Shown: positions 9,076 to 19,100 of the stretch, piece after piece | Numbering within the stretch: position 1 is the first letter of the stretch | Layout: every line of letters begins with the position of its first letter | Assembly (NCBI GenBank): GCA_965366815.1 | Contig: CBDUGV010000029.1 | Location: forward strand, 1-24,126 | From: an uncultured Bdellovibrionales bacterium | Lineage (GTDB): Bacteria; Bdellovibrionota_C; UBA2361; SZUA-149 | DNA: 24,126 bases | Reading direction: 5' to 3' | Made by a program: the position numbers and the translations under genes | Notes under the pieces: generated by a model | Seen by the model: only the letters and a program-made list of their open reading frames with translations | What the model was told of the DNA's origin: nothing | Databases searched by the model: none

Positions 9076-9987
9076 CTAAGAAGTGCTGTCGTCCGTAGAG
9101 GTCGTAGTGCTGCTAGTGGATGCACCCTGTGCACAGCTCAGCGTTACGTCAGCTACCACATCGTCAACCGTAGTCGTTCCAGTTAAGTTGACAGTATCCA
9201 GCACAGAATCAGTAACTGTTCCAGTCCCTGTTAGGCTGATAGCGAGATCGCTCGGTTGAATATCAACTCGTCCAATCGCTGAGCCAGTGCTGTCGACGGT
9301 AACCGAGGCTACAAAAGAGACCTCGTTGTCGCTGTTGCTATCGCACAACTCAGAAATTTCACAAGGCGAGGCGGTTTCACTGCGAAACATAGTTACGGTA
9401 AAGCTATCATTCGAATTGGACTGGCTAAATACATCGACGTTACTTAGCGTTACGTCCATCGAAGGAATGCCGGTGGTGCTTCCATCAGATTCGGTTGCCC
9501 GGGTGGAGATGTTCAGTGTGCACTGATCTACATCGTTATCTCGCCCAGTTATGGTAAAGCGATCAGAGATTGAGGTGTTACCAGCCCGATCCCGAGCAGT
9601 GATTACAAAGGTAGCTGGAAGACCCGTTGCGAAAGCGTCTTGCAAAATAAACTCATCGACGAATAAAGAGGCTGGGAAATCCAAATAGTCGACGATCTTT
9701 TCAAAGCGCGTTGCATTCGGACGTCGAATCCAGATAGATGTGAAAATTCCATCGGCAAACACACCTTGCTCGACGAGGTCATCTACACAAAACCATGAAA
9801 TGAAGAACCCCGCAGTGGCAGAAGTTGGGTGTGAGATTTGGCAACGCGGCGCAGTGCCATCACCACCTCCGCCATAGCGAAATCCGCCGAAATCCTGAGT
9901 CCGTTGCGCCTGTGCAGACGTGGTGAGGGAAGCTAGCAACAGTGCTATGCTGCTGAGGTACAGAAAGCCCACTTTTCTGTTCGTCAT
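9076..9987 (-). CDS. secreted hypothetical protein with signal peptide and Thr/Ser/Asp/Val-rich beta-strand-like C-terminal half
   Basis: Signal peptide LYLSSIALLLASLTTSAQA. A Gly-rich linker follows, then repeated TVT/VTD motifs suggest an Ig-like or adhesin-like fold. Confidence 0.55.
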   Translation of the reverse strand: MTNRKVGFLYLSSIALLLASLTTSAQAQRTQDFGGFRYGGGGDGTAPRCQISHPTSATAGFFISWFCVDDLVEQGVFADGIFTSIWIRRPNATRFEKIVDYLDFPASLFVDEFILQDAFATGLPATFVITARDRAGNTSISDRFTITGRDNDVDQCTLNISTRATESDGSTTGIPSMDVTLSNVDVFSQSNSNDSFTVTMFRSETASPCEISELCDSNSDNEVSFVASVTVDSTGSAIGRVDIQPSDLAISLTGTGTVTDSVLDTVNLTGTTTVDDVVADVTLSCAQGASTSSTTTSTDDSTS

Positions 9988-10030
9988 GTTTTTTTCCTAC
10001 TAGATAGTAATTAAACAATAAATCTGTTTC

Positions 10031-10813
10031 TTAAGATTCGCCGCCAGGCAGCACATTGAATGCCGGAACACTCAAGCCGTCGTCTGCCGCACTTCCCATT
10101 ATAACCTCTATACCGTCACTATAGCCATCATCATCTGAGTCGCGATCGGTAGGTGAAGTGCCGTTAAGTGCTTCTATGTCGTCAGAAAGCCCATCGCCAT
10201 CTAAATCGGGAGGACCAGCGCCAAATCGCTCAATTCCATCCGCTAAGGGTGGATTGATTCTTGATGGGCGGCTTGAAGCGTTCAAGGGATCGGACTCGGC
10301 CACGAGTTCTAAGGCATCTGTGTACCCGTCTCCGTCGGTATCCGGATCATTGTGATCAGTTCCGATTGATCGTTCAAATGCAGTGCCAATGCCATCCAAA
10401 TCAGCGTCAGAATCAACCGATACGGCTGCAAGGAGCCGAGATTGGTTAAGCGGGCTCGGCGATAAACTCGCGTTGAGTGGATCGCCGGTATTGATAACGA
10501 ACTCCAGACCATCGGCGAATCCGTCCTCATCCGTATCGGATTTGGTCGGATTTAAGAGAAAAGTACTTTCCAGTAAATTAAACAAGCCATCGGCGTCGTC
10601 ATCTGTGTCATCACTGCCCGCGTCATCATCAGAATCCCCGGAATCATCGCTTCCCGAGCCGTCGTCAGTGGTGTCGTCAGTCGTTCTCGCCGCCTGTCCG
10701 CCGAACACCACATCATCTGAAAGTGAGCACTTGTTGGCCCCGAGCAGCAGCAGCGCCAAACAGAGGAGAAGGAGTTGAAAGAAAGGACGATTTGAATTGC
10801 CGAGGAAACCCAT
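10031..10813 (-). CDS. secreted calcium-binding protein with thrombospondin type-3-like (DxDxDGxxDxxE) repeats
   Basis: At least 5 Asp-rich loops: DTDEDGFADGLE, DPDTDGDGYTDALE, DLDGDGLSDDIE, DSDDDGYSDGIE and SDDSGDSDDDAGSDD. The signal peptide starts at MGFLG (ATG 10811-10813). The track's longer ORF to 10912 probably over-extends. Confidence 0.65.
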   Translation of the reverse strand: MGFLGNSNRPFFQLLLLCLALLLLGANKCSLSDDVVFGGQAARTTDDTTDDGSGSDDSGDSDDDAGSDDTDDDADGLFNLLESTFLLNPTKSDTDEDGFADGLEFVINTGDPLNASLSPSPLNQSRLLAAVSVDSDADLDGIGTAFERSIGTDHNDPDTDGDGYTDALELVAESDPLNASSRPSRINPPLADGIERFGAGPPDLDGDGLSDDIEALNGTSPTDRDSDDDGYSDGIEVIMGSAADDGLSVPAFNVLPGGES

Positions 10814-10910
10814 GCTGGTAAAGTAGCGGTGTTCCCTAGGGGCAGCAAGCAAATTTTGAGCAATATAGCGCAGCTTGCTAGGGTGAAAGAAAAACACACA
10901 CATATTCCTC

Positions 10911-11996
10911 ATGAAACCCGCCGGAAATCAGTTACTTGCCGAATTTACGCATTGTCGCTCAACACTGTTGCTCGATACCTCCGAGCTTGTTTCTGTGCTC
11001 GAACGGGCAATATCGGCCGCTGGATTGCATATTGTCGAAACCAGCTGCAAACATTTCGAACCACATGGTGCGACAATCCTCGCGCTGATCAGCGAATCAC
11101 ACGTGGTACTGCATACCTATCCCGAGGCAGATCATCTCTCAGTCGATATTTTTACCTGTGCCGGAGATCTAGGACCGGCACACCAGGTGCTTCGCAATCT
11201 CCAGAAGGAACTCGCTCCTGGAAGTATCCGTACGGCTGAGGTGAAAAGAGGCGCGATGTTAGATGTGAGTCGACCAGGTTGGGTGCAGTTGACTTCAACA
11301 GATGGCATTGATGTGCGTTTGCAAATTGCCGAGTGCTTGCATTCGGCACAATCTGAGTTTCAGAAGATAGAAGTAGTTCGCAGCGAGCAATTTGGCACGA
11401 TGTTGGTAATCGATGATCACCTGCAACTGGCCAGTGCCGATGCTGGGCTCTACAACACTTGCTTGATACAACCACTTTGTCAGCTCGGTGCATCGTTTGA
11501 GAATGTTCTGTTGCTTGGTGCGGGGGATGGCGCATTGGCAACGCAAGTGTTGCAGGAAGAGCCTACTGAAATACAAGTGGTGGATATCGATCCAGTCGTC
11601 GGACAGATATGCCGCGAGTTTTTCCCAGATCTCGTTCAGTCGGCATTTGATGATACACGATGCCAATTCCACTACATAGACGCACTTTCGTTCTTAGGGC
11701 AGAGGGCCTTTGAGCGACACTACGATACTGCGATTTACGATCTAACGATGCATCCAGAAGCATTTACCAAGAAAACGCGAAGGGAGTATTTGGGGGAACT
11801 ATTCTCGGTTTTGGAACAGAGCATGAAACCAGGCGCACTATTGAGTCTTCAGTGTTGTAGCAGTCACGACGTCGAGACTCGCCGTATGATTGAGGAGTTG
11901 CTTTTAGTTTGTTTCGAACAGCACTCGTTTCACGAAGCATTTATTCCCTCACTGTGTCGACCCTGGTTGTTTGCTACCGCAGGTGTCGCTCGTTAG
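10911..11996 (+). CDS. bifunctional S-adenosylmethionine decarboxylase (class 1a, pyruvoyl) - aminopropyltransferase (spermidine-synthase family) fusion
   Basis: Residues 1-115 match the SpeH-type AdoMetDC (HIVETSCKHFEPHGATILALISESHVVLHTYPEADHLSVDIFTCAGD, including the ES self-processing site). Residues 150-361 match the SpeE fold (VLLLGAGDGALATQVL, VVDIDPVV, AIYDLTMHPEAF). Confidence 0.8.
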   Translation: MKPAGNQLLAEFTHCRSTLLLDTSELVSVLERAISAAGLHIVETSCKHFEPHGATILALISESHVVLHTYPEADHLSVDIFTCAGDLGPAHQVLRNLQKELAPGSIRTAEVKRGAMLDVSRPGWVQLTSTDGIDVRLQIAECLHSAQSEFQKIEVVRSEQFGTMLVIDDHLQLASADAGLYNTCLIQPLCQLGASFENVLLLGAGDGALATQVLQEEPTEIQVVDIDPVVGQICREFFPDLVQSAFDDTRCQFHYIDALSFLGQRAFERHYDTAIYDLTMHPEAFTKKTRREYLGELFSVLEQSMKPGALLSLQCCSSHDVETRRMIEELLLVCFEQHSFHEAFIPSLCRPWLFATAGVAR

Positions 11997-12056
11997 TAGG
12001 TGATGGCTCGACGGGCTTCTATTGCTAAGAGCTAGTAATTTGGGCAGTATATCTCT

Positions 12057-12575
12057 ATGGAAAATCTTTTTAACAGCGTGCCGGAAGACTCTCGAGTTTG
12101 GGTATTTGGGGCTTCAACTGATTTTACTGAAGCTCAGATTGCCCGTGCACGAGAACTTCTCGACAGCTTCATGAGCGAATGGAACGCCCACGGTGCACAG
12201 GTTATCGGGGAGTATGCGATTTTAGAGTCTCGGTTCATTGTCGTTTCGGCCAGTAGCGCCGGTGCCCAAACCTCCGGTTGCTCAATTGACTCGATGGCGC
12301 GGACCGTGCGCAATGGTCTGGCCGAAGTAGGGGTTCAATTTGCCGATTTGTCCGACATTTTCTTTCGGGATCCGAACCTCGATGGCAGCGCAGCGGTTCG
12401 AACGATGAACCGCAGTGATTTTTCAAAGTTAGTTGCAAGCGGCAAAATCACGGATAGCACTATGGTGTTTGATCCAAGTGTGCAGTCGCTAAGCGAATTT
12501 AAACAGCGCTGGGAACGACCGTTTGCAGAATCCTGGCATGCACAGCTATTCCCCCGATCGACAAATGCGTCCTGA
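12057..12575 (+). CDS. hypothetical protein (172 aa) in the polyamine operon
   Basis: ORF 60 nt after the fusion gene and 14 nt before the DUF2130 gene. No recognised motif. Confidence 0.45.
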   Translation: MENLFNSVPEDSRVWVFGASTDFTEAQIARARELLDSFMSEWNAHGAQVIGEYAILESRFIVVSASSAGAQTSGCSIDSMARTVRNGLAEVGVQFADLSDIFFRDPNLDGSAAVRTMNRSDFSKLVASGKITDSTMVFDPSVQSLSEFKQRWERPFAESWHAQLFPRSTNAS

Positions 12576-12589
12576 TGTAGAGCACTTCC

Positions 12590-13771
12590 ATGTCTGACAA
12601 AATAGTCTGCCCAAGTTGCGAATATGAAATCGAGATAACGGAGGCGATCTCTTCTCAGCTTCGACAGAAGCTCAAGAAGCAGTATGAGGCAGAACAACGC
12701 TTGCTCGAAAAGAAGTTTGCCGAACAGCTTGAAAAAGAGGTTGCTCAGACGCGTGCTGAGGCAAGTGAAAAAGCAGCAGCGAAAGCGATGAGCGATGTCG
12801 CCGTAGAGTTGAAAGACCTTCGAGAGCAGTTGGGTGAGAGTAGAGAAAAACTCAGTAAGGCGCAGGAGTTTGAACTACAACTGCGTAAGGAAAAGCAAGC
12901 TCTCGAAGATGCAAAACGTGAGTTCGATTTGAAGTTGAATCGACAGCTCGATCAAGAGCGAGAAAAGATTCGCAAGTTGAGCAAACAGGAATTCATCGAG
13001 GAGCACTTACTAAAAGACGCTCAGAAAGAGAAAGTAATCAACGATCTTCGTGAGCAGATCTCTGAACTGAAGCGCAAATCGGAAGTGAGCTCTCAGCAGC
13101 TCCAGGGAGAGGTGCTTGAAGAGCAGTTGGAGCGCATACTTGCAGTTCAGTTTCCGTATGATGAGATTCAACCAGTTCCCAAAGGCGTTCACGGGGGGGA
13201 CGTTCTGCACCATGTGAATGATGCCGCAGGTGTGCGCTGTGGAACGATACTCTGGGAATCGAAGCGCACCAAGACTTGGAGTGACCTATGGCTTCCGAAG
13301 TTACGAGACGATCAACGAGCGGCTAAAGCCGAAGCAGCAGCAATTATCAGTATCGAATTGCCGCGTGACGTAAAGACATTCGCCTTTGTTGATACCGTCT
13401 GGGTGTGTAATTGGAACTGTGCGCTTGGCCTTGCTACCGCACTGAGGAATTCATTGATCGAGGTCTCTCAGGCAAAGCGTTCAATTGAAGGGCGTCAAGG
13501 TAAGATGGATCAGATTGTCAGCTATGTTTCTGGGCCGGAGTTCCGTCAGCGAGTTGAAGGAATCGCCGAAGCCTTCATGACCATGCGAAACGATCTAGAA
13601 GCTGAGAAGCGGGCCCTACAGAAACATTGGGCGAAACGGGAGAAGCAATTGGATCGAGCGATGACCAGCGCATCTGGTCTCTATGGGGACCTGTCAGGCA
13701 TCGTCGGGGCCAGTTTACCGGAGGTTGATGCCTTTGCATTGCCCGATCCAGAGGAAGTCGAGTCCCAGTAG
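12590..13771 (+). CDS. DUF2130-family protein: N-terminal CPSC zinc-ribbon half plus long coiled coil, and a C-terminal PD-(D/E)xK restriction-endonuclease-like domain (RmuC-like architecture)
   Basis: MSDKIVCPSCEYEIE, then about 170 aa of K/E/Q-rich heptads. The C-terminus has GGDVLHHV...GTILWESKRTKTW (D...ExK), FVDTVWVC and a terminal acidic tail. Confidence 0.7.
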   Translation: MSDKIVCPSCEYEIEITEAISSQLRQKLKKQYEAEQRLLEKKFAEQLEKEVAQTRAEASEKAAAKAMSDVAVELKDLREQLGESREKLSKAQEFELQLRKEKQALEDAKREFDLKLNRQLDQEREKIRKLSKQEFIEEHLLKDAQKEKVINDLREQISELKRKSEVSSQQLQGEVLEEQLERILAVQFPYDEIQPVPKGVHGGDVLHHVNDAAGVRCGTILWESKRTKTWSDLWLPKLRDDQRAAKAEAAAIISIELPRDVKTFAFVDTVWVCNWNCALGLATALRNSLIEVSQAKRSIEGRQGKMDQIVSYVSGPEFRQRVEGIAEAFMTMRNDLEAEKRALQKHWAKREKQLDRAMTSASGLYGDLSGIVGASLPEVDAFALPDPEEVESQ

Positions 13772-13904
13772 AGCAGTCTTAGGTCGGATTTGAGGCATAA
13801 AAATTGCTAATTTCGCCTGATTTAAGCGTAAATTCCCGCAATCTTTAGATAAATCACTAAATGTTCTCGTGGTTTCTGTCGATAGTAGAATCGAGGAAAC
13901 TATA

Positions 13905-14528
13905 ATGCGAGACGCGCCAATAAAATTGCGAAAGTTCGTAGTTGACCAGGAGTTGGTCCTGCACAGCTTGCTGTACATTCTTGCTGGGCTCTGCATTATA
14001 TCCCTGATTCTCCTGATAGCCTATTTCGTCCGCGCACGACGAATGAAGCAAGTCGCCGATAAGGTAGATGAACTTGGCTCACGGTTCTACCCAGTGCTCG
14101 AGCGGGTGCAAGCGGTAGAAGAGCATGCAGTTGACTATGCCAACTCGCTTGATTCCGAATCACTTGTTTGCTTGGACGAATTGCAGAAGATGGTTCGCAC
14201 CGTCAAGACAGTGCTGTTCGAGGTCGAGAGTCGACTCGAGTCTGGCGATTTTCGCGAATTCAAAGATGCTGAATTATTCTTAACTGGGAAACACCCTCGT
14301 CAGCTCGGAACTGAACAAAATTTCGATGGTGGTGAATTGAGTCTGCGGATCGATCCTGATTGGGAGCGCCATATGGAACGATTGTTGCAGATTATCGGTA
14401 AGAGTGTCTCGCATGCGTCACTTGCGGCAACTGAAATCGGCGTTCCGAAGCGGCGGAAACGAAAAGCCACTTTGATCTCGCTCTTTCGAGCTGGCATCAA
14501 AATGGATAAAGGCCCCTACCAAGCCTAG
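13905..14528 (+). CDS. single-pass membrane protein, hypothetical
   Basis: ATG 13905 preceded by GAGGAA at 6-nt spacing. TM segment LVLHSLLYILAGLCIISLILLIAYFV. The track start at 13869 is likely too early. Confidence 0.5.
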   Translation: MRDAPIKLRKFVVDQELVLHSLLYILAGLCIISLILLIAYFVRARRMKQVADKVDELGSRFYPVLERVQAVEEHAVDYANSLDSESLVCLDELQKMVRTVKTVLFEVESRLESGDFREFKDAELFLTGKHPRQLGTEQNFDGGELSLRIDPDWERHMERLLQIIGKSVSHASLAATEIGVPKRRKRKATLISLFRAGIKMDKGPYQA

Positions 14529-14538
14529 TGACCGGACA

Positions 14539-16143
14539 CTAGTAGTCCATACTTTCTTCGTAATACTGAACCAATACCTGATTATCAAGCCGATTGGCCT
14601 GAACCGGTAGTTTTGACATATCAGTATCGAAGACGAAAAGAGACGCTAGTATCTCAGCATTGAGATAGCGGGTTGGAACCTTTATCTGGATAGACTTCGG
14701 ATCAATCGTTCGATTGGCGGCCATTTGAAAGCCCCAGGGACCAAACGAGGGGACGTACACTGTGTAGGGAACAACCGCTGGAAAGACTTCGCTCAGTGTT
14801 TGATGAATCGACCAGAACGCTTTTCGTGCAAGGTAGGGCGAGGAAGATTGAGTCACGAGTATCCCGTCGGCAGTGAGTCGTTTCTTTAGAATTTCATAAA
14901 ACTCTTTACTGTAGAGCTTTCCTAAAGAAAGATCATTCGGGTCAGGTAGATCGATGATTATCGTAGAAAACAGTGTGGTTGTATTCTCAGCAAACTTATA
15001 TGCATCTTGAATTTCAATCTGTACTCGAGGGTCCCGCAAGGCATCTTGGTTGAGCGCACGTAGATCGGCGTTATTGAGTGCGAGTTCGATCATAGCTTTG
15101 TCGAGATCCACCAGGGTTATCTTTTGAACTTCCTGATGCTTCAGTATTTCCCGCACAACGAGTCCGTCTCCACCACCGAGCACCAAGACCTGCTCCGCTT
15201 TTCCGGTGAGCGCAATCGGAATGTGGGTAATACTTTCGTGATATCGATGTTCGTCGAGAGAGCTGAACTGTACATTCCCATTCAAAAAGAGTCGCAGATC
15301 ATCCTTGAATTTCGTGATGACGATCCGTTGATAGGCGGTTTGCTTGCTATAGATAATTTGGTCTTGGTAGATAAATCGCTCAAAGAAACCTACTAGAGTG
15401 AAGGAATAGACGAACCCAACCAACAACAGAATCGCTGAAACACCGGCAGCAAAATAAAATCGACCAACATTCGGGATTCGAGTCCGAAATTCATGAATGT
15501 TGAAGAAGGCAACCACGATGTTGAGCAAGCCGATGAGAAACGCTGTTTTCATCAAACCGAGATAGGGGAGGAGCACGAGCGGAAACAGCAGAGAGGCTAG
15601 TAAGGCACCGACATAGTCGAAACTCAGAATATTTGCCAATGTGTCCTTCAAGCTGCCATTGCTCTTGAGAATGCGAGTGACAACCGGAATCTCAAGGCCT
15701 GCGAGGATACTAATGCAAGCTACCAATAGGAAGGCAGTGGGATAGTACAGCTCGGTCAAGCTGTAGCTGAGATAGAGTATTGCTGCCGACATCCCCCCAA
15801 TCAAACCGATCGCCGTTTCGATAAATACAAAGTGACCAATGAGATTCGTGTTGAGAAACTTTGAGAGGTAAGAACCGACTCCCATGAAGAACATGAAAAG
15901 GCCGATGGTGAGCGAAAAATGGAGTATGCTGCTTCCAAGAAGATAGGATGAAAGGCTGCTGATCAGCAATTCATAGACAATCGCACAAATGGAAATCAGC
16001 AAGATGGAGCCAAACAGCACGCCTATCTGTCGCTGCGTGAGCACTTCCTCCGATCCCGCTGGAGGAAGGGCACCGTGAGCGGTTTCGTCTGAGGGCAGGC
16101 TCGCATTTGAAGGTGGAGTGCTATGGCTGGGCTTTGACTGCAT
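14539..16143 (-). CDS. speE: membrane-anchored polyamine aminopropyltransferase (spermidine-synthase family with N-terminal about 7-TM domain)
   Basis: The N-terminal 230 aa are multi-TM. The C-terminal has the SpeE signatures VLVLGGGDGLVVREILKH, KITLVDLD and IIDLPDPNDLSLGKLYSKEFY. ATG 16141-16143 lies 5 nt after the helicase stop. Confidence 0.85.
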   Translation of the reverse strand: MQSKPSHSTPPSNASLPSDETAHGALPPAGSEEVLTQRQIGVLFGSILLISICAIVYELLISSLSSYLLGSSILHFSLTIGLFMFFMGVGSYLSKFLNTNLIGHFVFIETAIGLIGGMSAAILYLSYSLTELYYPTAFLLVACISILAGLEIPVVTRILKSNGSLKDTLANILSFDYVGALLASLLFPLVLLPYLGLMKTAFLIGLLNIVVAFFNIHEFRTRIPNVGRFYFAAGVSAILLLVGFVYSFTLVGFFERFIYQDQIIYSKQTAYQRIVITKFKDDLRLFLNGNVQFSSLDEHRYHESITHIPIALTGKAEQVLVLGGGDGLVVREILKHQEVQKITLVDLDKAMIELALNNADLRALNQDALRDPRVQIEIQDAYKFAENTTTLFSTIIIDLPDPNDLSLGKLYSKEFYEILKKRLTADGILVTQSSSPYLARKAFWSIHQTLSEVFPAVVPYTVYVPSFGPWGFQMAANRTIDPKSIQIKVPTRYLNAEILASLFVFDTDMSKLPVQANRLDNQVLVQYYEESMDY

Positions 16144-16148
16144 ACGAC

Positions 16149-19100
16149 CTATTTATCAGCTCGTTCCAGACGAAAGGCAAGCACTTCCTTAGTTTTTCTT
16201 ATCTCATTAGCCGCAAGAGGACCGCGATAATGGAGCGAGGTTTCTTCTCGGTGATAGCGAGAGTGTTCTTTGCGCACGGCCGAGAACCAGTTAAAGGAAC
16301 CTTCGATCATTTCTTTCTCATCGATGAAGATCGATTTGTTGTGTATGCCGTCAACCATGAATAGCCCAGCGCCCGCTTCGACAATCTGCGCTCGCCCGAT
16401 CGATGGGTTCTCTCGGAGGGCTCCCGTTTCAGGGTCGATATCCAAATGTGAATCAGTATAGACTTTGACTTCAACACCTCGAGCAATCGTTTCTCGGATC
16501 AATGTATCGATTGAATCGGCCTCGATTGCTGCTCTAGAAATTTGCGGAGAAATGATGATAAGTTCTCTTTGAGCAGATCGAAAGGACTCAACGAGCGCAG
16601 CTCGATGTTGAGCGAGAGAACTAAGACGCGTAATTTGCTTTTCTTTAAATCCAGATCGCGGCGGCAATTCGATTCCATCCAGCTGGTTCCCTTCAACATC
16701 GCGAAACAGGTAGTGGGCCAGGAGTCCAGAGGGAGCTTTTCTGCTTCGCTCAAATATTTCCATATCTCCAATCGTCAGGAAGCTATCTCGCGCTCGAGAG
16801 ACCGCGACGTTGAGCATATTCACACCACGATCAAAGAAGTAGTTCGAATCGGGGATACTTCGATCATATACTGGGGAGAAAATCATTATCCTGCGTTGGG
16901 CCCCCTGCATCGAGTGGACGGTTCCAATAGCAAGTCTCGGAAAGTCCTTTCGCAGCAGGAGTTCGAGTTGGTGTCGCTGTGCGGCGAAAGGGGTGATAAT
17001 TGCTACGATATCCTTATCGATTGTTTCTCCAGAATAGAATTCTTCCAAATCTTGTTTTTTATTGCGAATCCATGAGGCAATTGCTTCTGCCTCCATCACA
17101 TTGGCCTTACTTGTTCCAACCTGCTCACAGGTTCCACCGATATGCCAGTAGCCAAATGCTGGTACAATTCGCTTCTCTGCCGAGGGCCGTCGGGGGTGGA
17201 GGCGGCCGCGGTAGGCAAGTTTATTGCAAAAGTCAATTACTTCAGGAACTGAACGCCGATGCTCGGTAAGAAAAACGCCAATGGTCGAATGGCCATCGGC
17301 GGAAGTATCAATTATCGGACAGGCGTTCTGGGCAAGCTGCATGATATTACCAGAAGAGGCCATCAGTCCACGCTTGCGAACTGCCTTCATCTGTTTTTTG
17401 TTGCCGCGTTTAACGATTTTAAACGTCGTCAAGTTCTGCTCGTCTACATGTTTTGGGATGCTCCAGATCGGTTCAAGCTGAAGGGTATCGCCGACAACAA
17501 TTGCCCGTTTCGCCAAAGCAAAGCTTGCCGCTCCAACTTCTGGTGCGATCTGTCCAGCCTCATCAACAATCAAGAGGTCGATGAGGGGCGAACCATCTTC
17601 GGCCAGTTCACCAAAGAACCTCGCTGCTGTACTCATCGTTGAAACAAAGCAAGGAGTGACCATGGCACGCCTTCTCCAATCCACGGCAGATGCTTTGAGC
17701 CAGTTGGAATGAGTCGTTTCTTCGAGTCGTGCAGCTTCTTCTTGTGCTGCGAGTAGCCAACGACCTTCCCAATAGTGGGTGCTTAGTTGGAAAATACGAT
17801 GTCGTCTACTGAGGTCTAGTTTCGCATTGGCAATATAGAGTGATTTGTAATCAATCGGAGTTTTTAATCCAACATGAGTCTTGACCCAACCCAGCGCTGA
17901 CTCAAAGCGGGTTGCAAAAATATCGCCATTTAGTCGCGCCGTCTCTCTTTGAATTTCTTTTTGAAAGAAGCGAATTGCCTGCTTCGTGGTTAGCTTCTTC
18001 CCCACAAGAGTTGAACTTCGCTGCAAATACTGTTTTTGAGCTTCTCGAATGTAGGCCCAGTTCTCCATTTGCTTTGAGAGACCCTCACCGTCGCCTCGCT
18101 CGTAGTGAATGCCCATCGCCTCTGCATCCTCAGCACGGGCTTTGGAGGGACAGTAGGTGCCGTAGCTCTTTACGCCCGGAAGCCAGTGCCCAGCAAGTGG
18201 ACCCTGCTTGGTTTTCGCCTGAGCAAACGATTCGATAATGTTGGTCACTGCTTGGTTGGTCTCTGCACATGCCAAGATAATCGGTGGTTTCCCGCCATCA
18301 TGTGCGGCCTTTGCCCAAAGGGAGGCAATGATACTTTGTAGTAACGTCGTTTTTCCCGTGCCTGGTGGACCGCTTACCGCGAGAATCGTACCGCTTCCTA
18401 AGGAAAAATAATTGTGAACGGCGTTGCGTTGCGATGGCGAAAGGGGGAAGGCATGTTCAAACTGACCCAGATGGGCCTTAGCACCTTTCGCAAGCGAATA
18501 GGTCGTTCGTTTAACGTATTTGCGATCTTTCTCTTTGATTTGAACCAGATTACTCAACACGCCCGAGTGTCGACGTCCCTGAAGTACTTGTTGATAGATT
18601 CGTCGGGGATTGGCCGTCGCACCCTGACCACTGGAGTCGAGAACAACCGCGGCAAACTTTCTTTTTCTATAGTCGGGGAGGGTAAACTCAATGAAGTCAC
18701 TGCCGCACGCAGCTTTAAACAGAGCCTTCGCTTCTTTCCAATACTGCGGCCAAGTCATAGATTCTGAGAAGGGAAAACGAAGCAGGTGTTGCTCAAACTC
18801 GTCCAAGGAGCCGATAATAACCGTCTCATCTGATACCATCGGTTCAAGATAGGCTCGTGGTATCCAAGGCAGAGGCCTCTTTGGCACAAGCAGCGTGCCG
18901 TCTTTGGCAATCTCCGCTGGAATCCAATATGCATCAACAAATCGGGGTGTATTTGCCACTAGGGGATCCGCTTCAGAAATGCGCTGAAGCCGTAACGGGC
19001 AAATTGCGACTGAGATATTCGATTCTACGTCACTCGCGAACTCACCTCTCGAAGCATCTCTTCGTTTCCCCTTGTTTCGTTGCTTCTCTTGCTGCTTTTG

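Noticed and set aside
10383-10778. 131-aa Ser-rich plus-strand ORF
   Set aside because: Mirror image of the Asp-rich (GAC/GAT) repeats of the minus-strand calcium-binding protein. The antisense of GAx codons gives Ser/Val codons.
12393-12413. GCGGTTC-gaacgat-GAACCGC hairpin reminiscent of a tRNA T-arm (GGTTCGAA)
   Set aside because: It lies inside the 12057-12575 CDS with no flanking acceptor/anticodon arm structure, so it is not a tRNA.
16542-18767. Several 85-177-aa plus-strand ORFs (16542-17075, 17259-17642, 17912-18238, 18414-18767)
   Set aside because: All lie antisense within the helicase-PLD CDS, whose motifs are in register along its whole length.
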